Assembly: GCA_045837725.1 (NCBI GenBank)
Contig: JBEWZL010000081.1
Location: 1-64,000, forward strand
Direction of reading: 5' to 3'
Length of the DNA: 64,000 nt
DNA from: Vermamoeba vermiformis
Lineage: Eukaryota
In this document: positions 63,305-64,000 of the stretch, piece by piece
Numbering within the stretch: position 1 is the stretch's first letter
How the letters are laid out: each line of letters opens with the position of its first letter
Made by a program: the position numbers and the translations under genes
Notes under the pieces: generated by a model
Told to the model about the DNA's origin: nothing
What the model saw: only the letters and a program-made list of their open reading frames with translations
The model's database searches: none

Positions 63305-64000
63305 CTAGTGGTCAGTCTCGCCAAAGGTAAAGATCATATGTTCTTCGTACTGCAGCTTCGTCAAATGATTTTGAACCGTCGTGCAGAAGCCAACAGGGCC
63401 GCACACAGCAATCAAATTTTCGTCTTTAGGAGCAGGCAAATACTCGTGCAAAAGGCTTCGCGTCACGCGACCACTTCCAGCGACGAACATGACGTTGAAT
63501 TTGTGCGGGAACTGACGTGCTAATTGCTCTAGCTCTTCCTGGAACATGATGTCTTGTTCGCTCGAAGCAGCGTATAACAGTTTGATAGTCGTTTCGTCGC
63601 TTTGATTGGTCAGCACGGCCATAACAATGCTGAGCAGAGGAGTGAGGCCCGTGCCACCAGCAATCAGTCCCAAAGATCGGTATTGATTCGGCAAGTAATA
63701 GAAGCCACCGCTCGGTCCCATCATCTCGACTGTATCTCCGATTTTCATTGAATCGTGCAGCCAAGAGGACATCGCTCCATTTTGGTATCGCTTGATGGCG
63801 AGCGCGACTGTGCCAGGTAAATTCATTGCTTGCATCTTCGCACTAGTGCTGCCTTGACGTCCAAAGTAGCGTACGAGTTCAGTGACCGGCGTGTAAGGCC
63901 TGCAAACGACCTCGGTCTTGGTCTGATGCCGCAAAGTCACGTGATGTCCAGGGAATGTGAAGAGTTCGGCTTTGTCGGGCAACTGCAACACAAATAGTGC
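63305..64000 (-). CDS. NADH-cytochrome b5 reductase / FNR-family oxidoreductase, 5'-truncated by the window edge
   Basis: RPYTPV (FAD binding), IKRYQNGAMS, GPSG, IAGGTGLTP (NAD binding), CGP; no intron in the ~690 nt visible. Confidence 0.92.
   Translation of the reverse strand, partial: ALFVLQLPDKAELFTFPGHHVTLRHQTKTEVVCRPYTPVTELVRYFGRQGSTSAKMQAMNLPGTVALAIKRYQNGAMSSWLHDSMKIGDTVEMMGPSGGFYYLPNQYRSLGLIAGGTGLTPLLSIVMAVLTNQSDETTIKLLYAASSEQDIMFQEELEQLARQFPHKFNVMFVAGSGRVTRSLLHEYLPAPKDENLIAVCGPVGFCTTVQNHLTKLQYEEHMIFTFGETDH

Overview
Gene-dense nuclear DNA from an intron-rich eukaryotic microbe. Introns are mostly ~45-65 nt GT-AG with a CTAAC/CTAAT/YTGAC-type branch site near the 3' end. Gene content suggests a free-living amoebozoan (inference, not proven). 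From left to right: the 3' tip of an inverted receptor-kinase copy; three tandem EGF/Cys-rich receptor kinases with an Entamoeba-TMK-like juxtamembrane domain; an intronless ADP-ribosylhydrolase; two tandem secreted, probably GPI-anchored proteins with ZP-module-like features (the second riddled with small deletions); a cluster of F-box-like genes; a P450; a carboxylesterase; an atypical Rab; a SHOCT/coiled-coil protein; a Zn-finger-vWA protein; an intronless TFIP11-like gene; a GPI surface protein (with a degenerate paralog at ~24-25 kb); a 7TM protein; a CUE/Q-rich protein; an F-box-LRR; a peroxisomal SCP2-type thiolase; LZIC; an LRR gene; and a cytochrome b5 reductase followed by 143 genomic A residues. 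The main unexplained signals are a dispersed 12-bp palindrome TGACACGTGTCA (7 perfect copies, mostly intronic), T-poor frameshifted patches repairable by T insertion (probably a read artefact, but cryptogene-like), a gene-conversion tract between kinase paralogs, and the possible non-animal ZP-like proteins. All gene models were assembled by eye and internal exon boundaries are approximate. No tRNA, rRNA, CRISPR array or transposase was recognised.
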